A stretch of 64,000 nt of DNA from a virus (IMGVR_UViG_3300037628_000218:29798-93797); one strand, 5' to 3'. Shown: positions 38,052 through 47,320, numbered from the stretch's first letter. The notes: generated from the sequence alone by a model not told the origin. Made by a program: numbers and translations.

Positions 38052-39638
38052 TTACTTGTATTCCCCTTGCTCATCTAGTTCGTCTATGTTGACAACTTTA
38101 CCTGTAAGGGTGTCAATGAGTTTGTCACCGTCTACGATTAATTGTTTAGTAACGCTATTATTAGTGTTAGAACCACCTGACTTACCGCCCTGGGAGCTTC
38201 CTGTGCCTGAGGTTCCCCCTGACTCACCACCACGGCTTTTATCACCGTCATCGAAGCTAAGGTCTTCAATACCCTCTGTAGGCCAGCCAGCGTCCTTATA
38301 CAGCTTCTCAAGGGCTTCTGGAGTTATACCGCCAACTGACTTAGCTCGTTGGATAACTTTACTAATGACATCTAGATCAGGTTTAGAGGGGTCAGCTGCT
38401 TTAAATACGGGTGTATCCTTCCAGTCTAATCTGATATTGTTAATAGCGAGTAGTCGTGGAATCAGTTGGTTATTAATTACATCTTCTTTCCACATAACGC
38501 TACGGTTGACATAGTAGTCATGAGTAGTCATTTGATTAGATGATAGAGCGTTAGATCCATGCCCAGATTGACCAGTTAATAGGAAGCCAGTTCCAAACAT
38601 GTTATAAATACTTTTACGCTTCTGATCAATAATGTCAGAAGTGTTATATTGCTTACCGCCGCCTTCAATGCCTTTCAATTCAAAATCGAATAGAGGAACC
38701 TTTGTGACTTCATCTACATCTGAAACCATAACAATGAAACTAGATTCCCCAGCGTGTAAGGCTGCTGCATCTTTTTGAAGTTGTTTATACTCAGATGCTT
38801 CAGCAGGATACGTTGTAGGGTCATTAGCGCGTTCTATCATTTCAGAAGGAACACGTAGGACTACAGCACCGCCGAGGTCTTTAGAAACACCGACTACTTC
38901 ATAGCGTTCTACAAGCTTCTTTTCCAACCAAGCATCATAGATGTGGTTAAGAGGAGAGTCGCCTTGAGGACTATTATTAGTAGGGTTATGTCTAAACCAT
39001 AAGGTTTGTTGTGTACTAATGAACGGGTAGCGAGGTCTTAAGAACCCATTCGAGATATTTGATAGTAAGATACCATTTTGAAACTCAGAGGCTCTAGGCT
39101 CTCTTAATTGAACCCTATTAGGTTTTTGTACAAAGCCCTTTAAGTCTCGGATGTTCTTATCCCATACCCAACCGTAAACAGACTTTTGATCCCGTGGAGA
39201 AAGCTTTTTAAGAACCTTCATCCCAGCGAATTGGCCTGTCCTTCGGATTTCTACTACAATGTTTTGTAACGCAAATCCGTATTGAAGGTCTGTAGCAGCA
39301 TTATTCATAGACTCTAACCAAGTACCTGAAGTTAGGTTCCTGATATTGTAGTTTAGAAAGTCTGTTGCAAGTTTACTAGGAGCACTTCCACTAGGAGAAA
39401 CACACTGCCCGTTATTCATTGCAGTGGTGACTAAAATGTTTGTCACGTCTATAGAATTGGCTACAGCATCGTCCTCTACCATCTTATCAAAAGAGCATAG
39501 ACTATTAGGCATAACCAAGTCAGTTTTACGTTGGTCTCGGATATAACGGGTAGATGTTAGGATTTGTGGTTGACCTACCTCAGTAAAGGGTCGGGTTACC
39601 ACAGCACTAGAAGACTCTGCCTTCTCTAAATCAGCCAT
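38052..39638 (-). CDS. portal protein
   Basis: YGFA, NSPQGDSPL, GSNALS, INNQLIPRL; 528 aa. Confidence 0.88.
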   Translation of the reverse strand: MADLEKAESSSAVVTRPFTEVGQPQILTSTRYIRDQRKTDLVMPNSLCSFDKMVEDDAVANSIDVTNILVTTAMNNGQCVSPSGSAPSKLATDFLNYNIRNLTSGTWLESMNNAATDLQYGFALQNIVVEIRRTGQFAGMKVLKKLSPRDQKSVYGWVWDKNIRDLKGFVQKPNRVQLREPRASEFQNGILLSNISNGFLRPRYPFISTQQTLWFRHNPTNNSPQGDSPLNHIYDAWLEKKLVERYEVVGVSKDLGGAVVLRVPSEMIERANDPTTYPAEASEYKQLQKDAAALHAGESSFIVMVSDVDEVTKVPLFDFELKGIEGGGKQYNTSDIIDQKRKSIYNMFGTGFLLTGQSGHGSNALSSNQMTTHDYYVNRSVMWKEDVINNQLIPRLLAINNIRLDWKDTPVFKAADPSKPDLDVISKVIQRAKSVGGITPEALEKLYKDAGWPTEGIEDLSFDDGDKSRGGESGGTSGTGSSQGGKSGGSNTNNSVTKQLIVDGDKLIDTLTGKVVNIDELDEQGEYK

Positions 39639-39649
39639 ATTGTGTTATC

Positions 39650-40111
39650 CTAGGTTAAAGCTACCTGAAGTAACGCTTTAATATCCTTAATAGATCTTAC
39701 ACTCTTAGAAACTACTATTTTATGCTTAACAGCGAACTCGTTAAGTTCTTTAACTTTAGTAAGAGTCTTTAGCTCTTCAAGAGCTGTAAGAGGTTTATTC
39801 TCTGCTGCACCTGTTGAGACCTCTTTAACTTCTTCTTTAACAATAGGTGCTTCGGTTTTTACCGCTTCTTCTTCTCCTGCTGGGGTAGCTGGAGTCCACT
39901 TATCTGGGGCAGTACCTTTCAAGTACATTACAGCGCGTCCTTGACGACCACGGAAGTTACGCATAGAAACATCATCACGTAGGTCTGTTTCTGCAATTAG
40001 GTATCCACCAAGGAATGCTTCCTGAATCCGTAGGAAGAACTCTTTTTCAAAGCGTGCGCCAAGACCTTTAGATAGGATTACCAGGCGATTAGGTTTAGTT
40101 TCTTGTGTCAT
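39650..40111 (-). CDS. hypothetical head-region protein
   Basis: 153-aa ORF. Confidence 0.6.
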   Translation of the reverse strand: MTQETKPNRLVILSKGLGARFEKEFFLRIQEAFLGGYLIAETDLRDDVSMRNFRGRQGRAVMYLKGTAPDKWTPATPAGEEEAVKTEAPIVKEEVKEVSTGAAENKPLTALEELKTLTKVKELNEFAVKHKIVVSKSVRSIKDIKALLQVALT

Positions 40112-40168
40112 GTATATTTATCTCCTTCAGTTTTATTAGTTATTTTAGAACACTTAGAAAGCACCCTA

Positions 40169-40459
40169 TTATTGATCTTCAACAGCCCTGATATAGATAT
40201 GAAGATTACGCTCATCCTTTCTAGGGATGTCGTTTGTAGTTGTTATTTTATTGGTGATAATATACATTTCATCCAACTCCCCGCCAGATAACCATACCGT
40301 AGCTAGGGTGTCTGTAAAGTAGCTGGTGTTAACAGTAAGCCCAGTAGGGACTACCCACTCACTAGTAGCAAGAGTATCGCTCCCCAGCCAAGAACTCCAA
40401 TCAACAACATAGTCTAATTCTGCGTTCACACCTTTTGAGAATACTCTTGAAGTAGCCAT
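40169..40459 (-). CDS. virion fibre adaptor-like protein
   Basis: LDY.VDWS.WL..D.L..S.W...TVWLSGG pattern. Confidence 0.65.
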   Translation of the reverse strand: MATSRVFSKGVNAELDYVVDWSSWLGSDTLATSEWVVPTGLTVNTSYFTDTLATVWLSGGELDEMYIITNKITTTNDIPRKDERNLHIYIRAVEDQ

Positions 40460-40460
40460 A

Positions 40461-41021
40461 CTACACAGTAACTGAGGTTAAGGTTACTGACACTTTAAGG
40501 GTGTCGCCATTTATCATTTCTCTATCACCACCTGCGAAAGCTCCTATACTGTATAGCACTCCAGTAACTCCGTCTTTCTCATTAGAGGTGGAAATGAACG
40601 CTCCACCGATAGTAACTGTTGAGTTGATTGCGTAGGAGGCTTTTGAAGCAGTACTATCTACAGATTGGTTAGCAACACTACCTAGCACTAAAGGCTGTCT
40701 GTTAGCTTCTGAGTAAGCTGAAACTTCAGTCCAACCGCTATGAGTCGCTGCTGTATCAATAGCAGCAGGCGTAGGTAGCCCGTCAGTAAGACCAACGTAG
40801 AATTGAGCAGTGTATGAACTACCTTTTAGATATTTGTCAAGGATGTCGTTGAGACCTTCATTAACAACGAGATTCAAGAAACCTTCTGTCCACTTGAGTT
40901 CCCCGCCTTCACTAAAGCATTGAAGCGTGTAGTTATTAGACAGCCCTATAGCTGACAATTTAGTGTTATTAGTTGTAATATTAGACTCCACGGTATCGTT
41001 AACATCTGAGTTTTCGTTCAT
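40461..41021 (-). CDS. putative virion structural protein
   Basis: KW...NLVVNEGLN..L, WTEVSAY, GDTL.V pattern. Confidence 0.65.
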   Translation of the reverse strand: MNENSDVNDTVESNITTNNTKLSAIGLSNNYTLQCFSEGGELKWTEGFLNLVVNEGLNDILDKYLKGSSYTAQFYVGLTDGLPTPAAIDTAATHSGWTEVSAYSEANRQPLVLGSVANQSVDSTASKASYAINSTVTIGGAFISTSNEKDGVTGVLYSIGAFAGGDREMINGDTLKVSVTLTSVTV

Positions 41022-41031
41022 TTTTTCCTCA

Positions 41032-41289
41032 CTACTGCATGATATGAAGTATTCTAGAATCGGTAGCCTTGAATACTCTTGAATCTGGGGTTGTATACAA
41101 AATTCCCCCTCCTACGCTGTCTCCTACTTCAATACCAGTAGGCTCCATTTGTTCTATTACAACGCAATCGGTAAGGTTGCTAAAAGAGAGGTTTGTTTGT
41201 TCTGCGATCTCTTGACTAAGTTCTTGACTACTATTATGCGATGAACTCAAGACCAAATCAGAAGTTATGTCAACTACTACGATAGTCAT
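41032..41289 (-). CDS. hypothetical protein
   Basis: 85-aa ORF with GGAG RBS. Confidence 0.55.
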   Translation of the reverse strand: MTIVVVDITSDLVLSSSHNSSQELSQEIAEQTNLSFSNLTDCVVIEQMEPTGIEVGDSVGGGILYTTPDSRVFKATDSRILHIMQ

Positions 41290-41336
41290 GCGTTCTCCAT
41301 ATGTAAGGTAAAAGTTTGGTTTACACTCGGGTATTA

Positions 41337-42425
41337 CTACCCTTGAATCTCATGGCCTTGTGCGGTCATTGCGAATACAGTATTTGAAGACCCTGTTACT
41401 AAGTCATCTTGTACAAGTACCTGGAGTTCTTCATCCAGAGCACCATTTAACCTTATAACTACTCCATGCTTTGACTGTCCACCCCAAGTTAACCTAGCAG
41501 TGAAACCTTTAATTGTGTTTCCTACAGCCCTAGGAAGAAGGAAGTTGTGATCAAAACACTGCCTAATAAAATCCCCATTAGTCTTAAAGTTAAATAGGTT
41601 TCTAAAATTACCATCTGATTGTTTAATTCTTACAACGCAACCATTAGCTAACGCATCGTCTGATCCAAATGTCCCAAAGTCCATATCTGTTGAACCACGG
41701 AGGTCAAGAGTAAGTCTAACAATGTCTCCTTGTTGCGTAGGTAAAGGAAGAATTGTGAAGATCTCAGGGGTTGCTAGAGACGCATTGGCTAGCATGTTCC
41801 TCGTACTAATTTGAGCAATGTCAGAAGTTAGGTAATCCACATTTAAGGGTTGGTCTATAGTTAGTGCATTCACATTTAGGCTAGTTACAGCGGTTTGTAT
41901 AAAGACATTTTCAACCGTGGCAGAAGCTAGCTCCAGAATATCCCCTACTTCAGCGTTATGGCCTGCTGTGAGGTTTACTACTGTGTCTCCCTTATTAGCA
42001 TTGGCTGATAATGTAGTTAAGGTGCGCGACTTTAGTAAGGGAATTGATAGTGGTGGTGTTGTCTGGTCTAGGATGAACATAGGAACCCCTCTGGAACCTC
42101 TATTAGATACCTCCACAGGAACTACATCACTTGTCACGATTGATGAGTGTTGCACTGATAATACAGCGTCACCACCCAAACCTTTAGCCCATATTTCAAG
42201 GGAGCTGTCAGGAACAATTCCAGAGGGTTCTTTGCCTACTAGAGGAGTTAAAATAATCCCATCCACACTATCCGCTACAGGTTTTACGCTATCCTCAAAG
42301 AGAACTACCTCACGAGACGACTTATTAGTAACCGTCATGTACGTACCTACAGGAAACCCTGTAAGAGTATTAAGGCTTACCCAATCGTCTGCTGTTACTG
42401 TAATATCCGCTAATGTTTTAGCCAT
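41337..42425 (-). CDS. putative virion appendage protein
   Basis: 362 aa, beta-rich; N-terminal domain paralogous to 33937-34227. Confidence 0.6.
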   Translation of the reverse strand: MAKTLADITVTADDWVSLNTLTGFPVGTYMTVTNKSSREVVLFEDSVKPVADSVDGIILTPLVGKEPSGIVPDSSLEIWAKGLGGDAVLSVQHSSIVTSDVVPVEVSNRGSRGVPMFILDQTTPPLSIPLLKSRTLTTLSANANKGDTVVNLTAGHNAEVGDILELASATVENVFIQTAVTSLNVNALTIDQPLNVDYLTSDIAQISTRNMLANASLATPEIFTILPLPTQQGDIVRLTLDLRGSTDMDFGTFGSDDALANGCVVRIKQSDGNFRNLFNFKTNGDFIRQCFDHNFLLPRAVGNTIKGFTARLTWGGQSKHGVVIRLNGALDEELQVLVQDDLVTGSSNTVFAMTAQGHEIQG

Positions 42426-42458
42426 GAAGCTCTCTACTATTATGTAAGTATAGGTGTT

Positions 42459-45400
42459 TTAAAGTGATTTTACAGAAGGAAGGTTCGCACCTCTAGGCTC
42501 TAGGTCTGATACCTTTACTTGATCTACTGAGCCTACTATATCTGCTGCCAGAGTTCTTGTATGGCTCTGATTGCGTGGGACTATCCTAACTATACGAGCT
42601 GTTGAAAGGTAGTTAAATGCAGAGGCTGTGGCATCAGGCCAGTCATCTTTTCTATGAGATGATGATCTTTCTCCATCGAAGGCTTCGCTCTCCTTGAAAA
42701 ATGCGTCTAACGTTGCAGGATTAAAAGAGCTTTTAACTAAGTAGACTAGACCATTTTCAGCTGCGCTTGAGAAGGGTAGGTATCTAGTTAACTTACCGCT
42801 AGTTGTTGGCATAGGATCTTTCTTGACAACGTAACCGAGAGTTATCAATTTCCGTGCTGAGTCAGTGTATTCTGTTATACCTGCGGCTCCTGGGTCTTGC
42901 GAGAGGATCACAGTGCATTCAGTTCCATCTTGTTCTGCTTGCTTGTGTACTAGGACTTCTCGTCTGCCAGAACGCTCTCTGAACCTACCGAAGACCTTAT
43001 TCTGCTTGCAGTCCTTCTTATCATAGTTATCACTTTCGTAATCACCTATCAGGTAGAAGAAGCCATGCCTATCCTTAGCCATTTTTACAGAAGCTGTGTA
43101 ATCTGGGTGTGTGTTCTTCTCAGAGGGTTCTGTAGCTGCCTTATCCCAAGCCCTACAGTATGCTGCTCCTTCTGGAACTGTATCAACTACAGTTAACCAG
43201 CTTCTTTGGAAGTGTGAGGAGCCTTCTGGCCTAGCGTACCAGTTACCATGTAGTAATCTATCTTTTTCTATCTGAGGTAATGCGTTAAGCTGCGAGACAT
43301 AGCCAGGGTTAGCTAACCTTACTGCGGCGTTATCAAAGATAGTTCCCCCTATAAACGTAATAGTCTTAGGTGGGAAATACTCCTTTTCCCCAGTGTTAGG
43401 GTTGTTTACCCAGCAAATGGTAGGGTGAAGCTCCTCCATCTCTTTAACAGTGTCAGTGAAGTAGAGTTCGTCATTAATCATGCCGTAAAACTTTTGCACC
43501 CCAGCTTTACTCTTATCTGGAAACCCCTCATCATCTAACCACCAATCTATGAGTTGAGCAATGTAGCTATCAGGGTCAGGGTTGCAAGAGATAAACATCG
43601 TACTTTTAACTTCAGCACTAGAACGCAATCGAGACATTAAAAATGTAATTTGGTATTGTGTAAAGGCGGTTCCTTCATCAAAGTAGATTTGGGAGTACTG
43701 CTTACCTTGATGGTCATCAGCGTTTTTCTCATGTTCCATATGAGAAAACTTTATCTGTGCGCCAGAAGGAAAATGTATTTCTCGCGCATTCTCTTTTATC
43801 TTTGCTCCAAAATTTCTGTATATGCTTTTAGCTTCATTCCAGACAGAACCAGAGCCTGTTAGCATTGCCCCAGTTCTACGGAAGAAGATAGCCTCGAATT
43901 TTGGGTCATGGATTTGTAAGAGGGGTCTAAGCAGCATTAAATGGGTTTTACCCAAGGCATTACACGTAATAGTGGTCTTTAAATCCGTCTGATTTAAGAC
44001 GGTAGGTTAGTTTTTGTCTTGACCACCTTAGTATTCTTGCTGCGTCCCTAACCCCATTGTATCTTACCCCTGAAACATAAACTGGTTTCTTTTGATGGGC
44101 GTTAAGCCCGTTTCTTATATAAGGGTCATTCATAGGGTTATTGGCTGTTGTAAATAAGCCAGGGTGCTTTGCAAGAACTTCAGGGCGTTTCATAGGGTTT
44201 AGTTTGCCCATTTGAACGCCAGGTCTACCTCCACAAGAAATGTTGTAGTAGCTTTTACTCTTAACTTCATCGACACCTATAAGAAGCTCCTCTATTTCGT
44301 AAGCCTCGTCTAGATCCTTACAAACCATAAGCTGGAACTCAAAGTTTTCTCTTCCGTATTTACGGATGGCGTGACCAAAAGGGTATGGGGACGAACCGTG
44401 TTCTTTTAGTCTTCTCTTGAAGTTATTAGTTATCCCTACGTAAACCTTATTACTAGGAGATCTTGCAACGTATACTAAGTGTGTCAAAGCTTTCCTTACC
44501 ACAGCCGTAGCTGGTATCTATTACGTCTAACGCCTCGGACTATCTCATCACCCTTCACAGGGGCTGGACGCTATGTTGTCGTTACAAATTATATGACAAT
44601 AGGTTGTTCCCTCTGGTTTAGAGGTGTACTTCATATTGAATTTGTATTTCATACTGTTAGGTATGTCAGTTAAGTAGGGTCGGAGGAGATCAAAAAACAG
44701 TTTAAGGTTAGTCGCATTTAAGTATATGCAATAACTTCCTTTGGCTTTGTAGATCTTGACATCTATATTGAACCGTTGTTTGAACATTCTTTGTATTGTG
44801 AGCTGGGAGTTATAATCAAGATTGTGTGTAGCTAAGCTGCCATGCCTACTAACGCTACCATTAGCCTTCACATGAACTGATAAGCTACCATTGTCCAACC
44901 ACCAAAGTAAAAGACCTATAGGTGTTATCCTGTCCGCAACATACTTAGAAACATATTTGATGCCATTAGAGTTTAACACCCTACTATGATCCACATGTCT
45001 GTTTGTTTGCAATTTACAGCTTACTTGAGAGTAAGTATGCTCTCCATAAGTTGTAAGTCTTTTGTAGTCATATCTAGTGGTAGTCTTAAGACCCCATGAT
45101 GTGTATAGAGCTTCTAGCCAAACAACGTAGTCTCTTTGCTTATTGGCATGTGTGCTTTCTACCCAATGCCCTGTACTACTATTCCTTCTGAGATACCCAT
45201 TGCCCAGGATGTTTCCAAATAGGCTATAATGTATCTCCTTTTTACTTAACTGTTTCATAGTAGAATCCTCTACTTTAGATTTTAACGACTAACTAGTCTC
45301 TGAACCGTCCTACTCTGTAGGCTTGGCTGCCGATTGCCTGTTAAGGGTTCCAGCAATTCATCCAGTTTTTCTTTTGATTCTTACGAAAAAGGGAAGCCGA

Positions 45401-45514
45401 AAAAGGCCATTTTCATTAACTTCCCGCAGCTCCTCCATACACCACAATATCCTGTGGAGCGTTCATAGCTATTTCTTGTGCGCCTTTTTGGGGGCGGTAT
45501 GTATTTTGTTCCAC
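42459..45514 (-). CDS. terL: terminase large subunit; exons 45514-45419 (32 aa) and 43952-42459; spliced protein 529 aa
   Basis: exon 1 MEQNTYRPQKGAQ...VVYGGAAGS joins GKTH (Walker A); Walker B IYFDE; CNPDP; RAWDKA; KDDWPDA. Confidence 0.93.
43960..44502 (-). CDS. intron-encoded GIY-YIG homing endonuclease (P9 region)
   Basis: VY-x9-YVG, RLKEH, AYEIE, YN; NPM repeats and C-terminal HTH. Confidence 0.88.
   Translation of the reverse strand: MVRKALTHLVYVARSPSNKVYVGITNNFKRRLKEHGSSPYPFGHAIRKYGRENFEFQLMVCKDLDEAYEIEELLIGVDEVKSKSYYNISCGGRPGVQMGKLNPMKRPEVLAKHPGLFTTANNPMNDPYIRNGLNAHQKKPVYVSGVRYNGVRDAARILRWSRQKLTYRLKSDGFKDHYYV
44548..45258 (-). CDS. intron-encoded LAGLIDADG (I-SceI-type) protein, predicted nuclease-dead
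   Basis: motifs FGNILGNG and LLLWWLDNG; QRDYVVWL, ITPIGL, IPNSMKYK. Confidence 0.85.
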   Translation of the reverse strand: MKQLSKKEIHYSLFGNILGNGYLRRNSSTGHWVESTHANKQRDYVVWLEALYTSWGLKTTTRYDYKRLTTYGEHTYSQVSCKLQTNRHVDHSRVLNSNGIKYVSKYVADRITPIGLLLWWLDNGSLSVHVKANGSVSRHGSLATHNLDYNSQLTIQRMFKQRFNIDVKIYKAKGSYCIYLNATNLKLFFDLLRPYLTDIPNSMKYKFNMKYTSKPEGTTYCHIICNDNIASSPCEG

Positions 45515-45604
45515 TTTGCTCTCCTGTTATTGGTGTGAGGTGTGCCTAAGGAAGACTTAATGCTTCACGGCAACTATTATTATATGTGATAGTCTGCTAA
45601 GATA

Positions 45605-45679
45605 TGGCTCCCACGGCTGGACTTGAACCAACACTGCTAGAGTCAAAGTCTAGTGTCCTACCAATTAGACGACATGGGA
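45605..45679 (-). tRNA. tRNA-Gln(TTG)
   Basis: CTAGA-CTTTGAC-TCTAG, GGTTCAAGTCC, CCA. Confidence 0.92.
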
Positions 45680-45685
45680 ATTGGT

Positions 45686-45762
45686 TGGCTCCGAGGGTAG
45701 GGGTCGAACCTACGAAATCTTGGTTAACAGCCAAGAGCATTGCCGCTCTGCTCCACCTCGGA
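45686..45762 (-). tRNA. tRNA-Asn(GTT)
   Basis: CTTGG-CTGTTAA-CCAAG, GGTTCGACCCC, CCA. Confidence 0.92.
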
Positions 45763-45768
45763 ATGATT

Positions 45769-45862
45769 TGGTGCCAGCATACCGAGTCTCACGGCGGATC
45801 TACAAGGCTCTCGTTGGTCACCTAAGAGCGTCCTTTTACTAGGGTTCACAACTTCTGCTGTG
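45769..45862 (-). ncRNA. CCA-ended tRNA-like RNA inside the tRNA cluster
   Basis: CAGCA/TGCTG stem then GCACCA; CCG-TGAGACT-CGG T-like arm; GCTCTT/GAGAGC hairpin; 5' end approximate. Confidence 0.55.
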
Positions 45863-45897
45863 ATACTATATCGGGGTAAGCCCCGAGTCCCTGTATT

Positions 45898-45973
45898 TGG
45901 TAGCGGAAGTGCGAGTTGAACGCATTGGGCTTAGGTTATGAGCCTAGCTGGGAACCCTCCCTATACGACCGCG
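45898..45973 (-). tRNA. tRNA-Met(CAT), initiator-like with atypical D arm
   Basis: CGCGG start with 1:72 mismatch, TAGG-CTCATAA-CCTA, GCGTTCAACTCGC, ACCA. Confidence 0.8.
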
Positions 45974-45979
45974 ATTGTT

Positions 45980-46055
45980 TGGAGCTTACAGTAGGTCTCG
46001 AACCCACGACATCCTCTTTACAAGAGAGGTGCTCTACCAGCTGAGCTATGCAAGC
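45980..46055 (-). tRNA. tRNA-Thr(TGT)
   Basis: CCTCT-CTTGTAA-AGAGG, GGTTCGAGACC, CCA. Confidence 0.93.
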
Positions 46056-46393
46056 TTTAAGTTAATAGCCTAGCTAGCAACCACTAGGAACTCAGCAACT
46101 AAATGGATAGGTTGCTCCTAGGAATTGCTAACAGGAATTAAGTGCTCTACAGAACTTCTTTCAATTTAAGTTAAGTGTGTATGTTTTAAGTTTGTAGAGC
46201 AAATAGGGTTGTGTCTCTTTCTTTGTGACACGTTGTGCTTAGAATAATTTATAGTTAGAGCAGAGAGTTAAAAGCCAGTGGTCTGGTACTTTTAAGTTAT
46301 TATATGTAGTATTATATCTACCTTGCGTAGCTTTTAACTCTCAGGTTACAACAAGCGAGTAGTATACCATAGGAGCATGCTCATTTGTTATCA

Positions 46394-46783
46394 CTAACTA
46401 ACAGCTGTTGAATAGACTACAGGTAACTGTGTATCACTTTCACTTGTACTAGGAAGGGTAGCTTTAGCTTTAACCTCCTTATCTTTCTCATTGGCTATAG
46501 CTTTATCTATAATCACTTTAGCTGCTTGAACTTGCATAGAGACAGGTACTTCCTTCACACCTAAAGCCTTGGTATCATTCATCATGATCTGCTTTAGACG
46601 CTCTACAGCAAGAGCTGAATAGTCATCAAAGGCTAGTTGAGCCTTTACAAGTTTAGACTTATTACGACTACCTAAAGGTCTTCCATTACGGTTAATGTTC
46701 TCAGGGTTTGTCCCGAAGCCTTTACGCTTTTGAGGGTTTTCTTGTTTTGTTTCATCTGGAGATGCGTCTGGGTTATCACTCAT
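46394..46783 (-). CDS. putative terminase small subunit (DUF5681-like)
   Basis: GFGTNPENINRNGRPLGSRNK motif, QAAKVIIDK; upstream of terL. Confidence 0.65.
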   Translation of the reverse strand: MSDNPDASPDETKQENPQKRKGFGTNPENINRNGRPLGSRNKSKLVKAQLAFDDYSALAVERLKQIMMNDTKALGVKEVPVSMQVQAAKVIIDKAIANEKDKEVKAKATLPSTSESDTQLPVVYSTAVS

Positions 46784-46897
46784 TTATTGATTCCTACTTT
46801 ATACTAATAGCAGCTAAAAGCTAATGTTTATGTGATTAAGGTATGGGATTGGAATCACTTTGTACTGGTCACTTGCTTAGCTATGGATTTTAAGCTA

Positions 46898-47149
46898 CTT
46901 TAAAGTATTTATAGCACCTTAAAGCATCTGTATGATACAGTACCCTTTAAAGGGTTATAAGCAGTTTAAAGCTCTTACACTTTTTTCTTTATTGGCTTCG
47001 CCTTCTTCTTTTTCTTTTTCTTCTTATCTTTTTAAGACACTTATAATACCTTTAAAGTATTTATAACTCTTTAAAGCACTTGTATGATACAATATCCTTT
47101 AAAGGCTCTATAAGTACTTTAAAGCTTTTATACTTTTTGGCTTCGCCTT
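46898..47149. repeat. two imperfect ~100-bp AT-rich direct repeats (46898-47004 and 47050-47149)
   Basis: shared CTTTAAAGTATTTATA, TGTATGATACA, CCTTTAAAGG, TTGGCTTCGCCTT. Confidence 0.85.
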
Positions 47150-47320
47150 ATTTATAAACACATTTACCGTTTAATCACTTATAATCGCTTATAAACATTT
47201 ACAAAGTCTCTTTTACTTACCTAAAGAGAATTGTAAGATGCTATAAAACCTTATAAGGTGCTATTAGGTAACTTAAAAAGATAGTACCACACTGATTATT
47301 CCATAAGTTAACAATTTGGC

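Larger units (their letters stand above)
43953..45418 (-). mobile_element. group I intron (1466 nt) in terL carrying two endonuclease-family ORFs
   Basis: P1 GGGAAGT/GCTTCCC with U-G at the splice site; P3 CTGGATG/CGTCCAG; P AATTGCTGGAA; Q AATCGGCAGC; R TTCAGAGACTA; S GAGATAGTC; terminal G. Confidence 0.93.

Noticed and set aside
43953-45418. Two tandem or nested introns (twintron)
   Set aside because: I found only one set of P, Q, R and S elements and no middle exon; a covariance search should confirm this.
45323-45825. Plus-strand ORFs at 45323 and 45604
   Set aside because: They are antisense to the intron core, terL exon 1 and tRNA genes.
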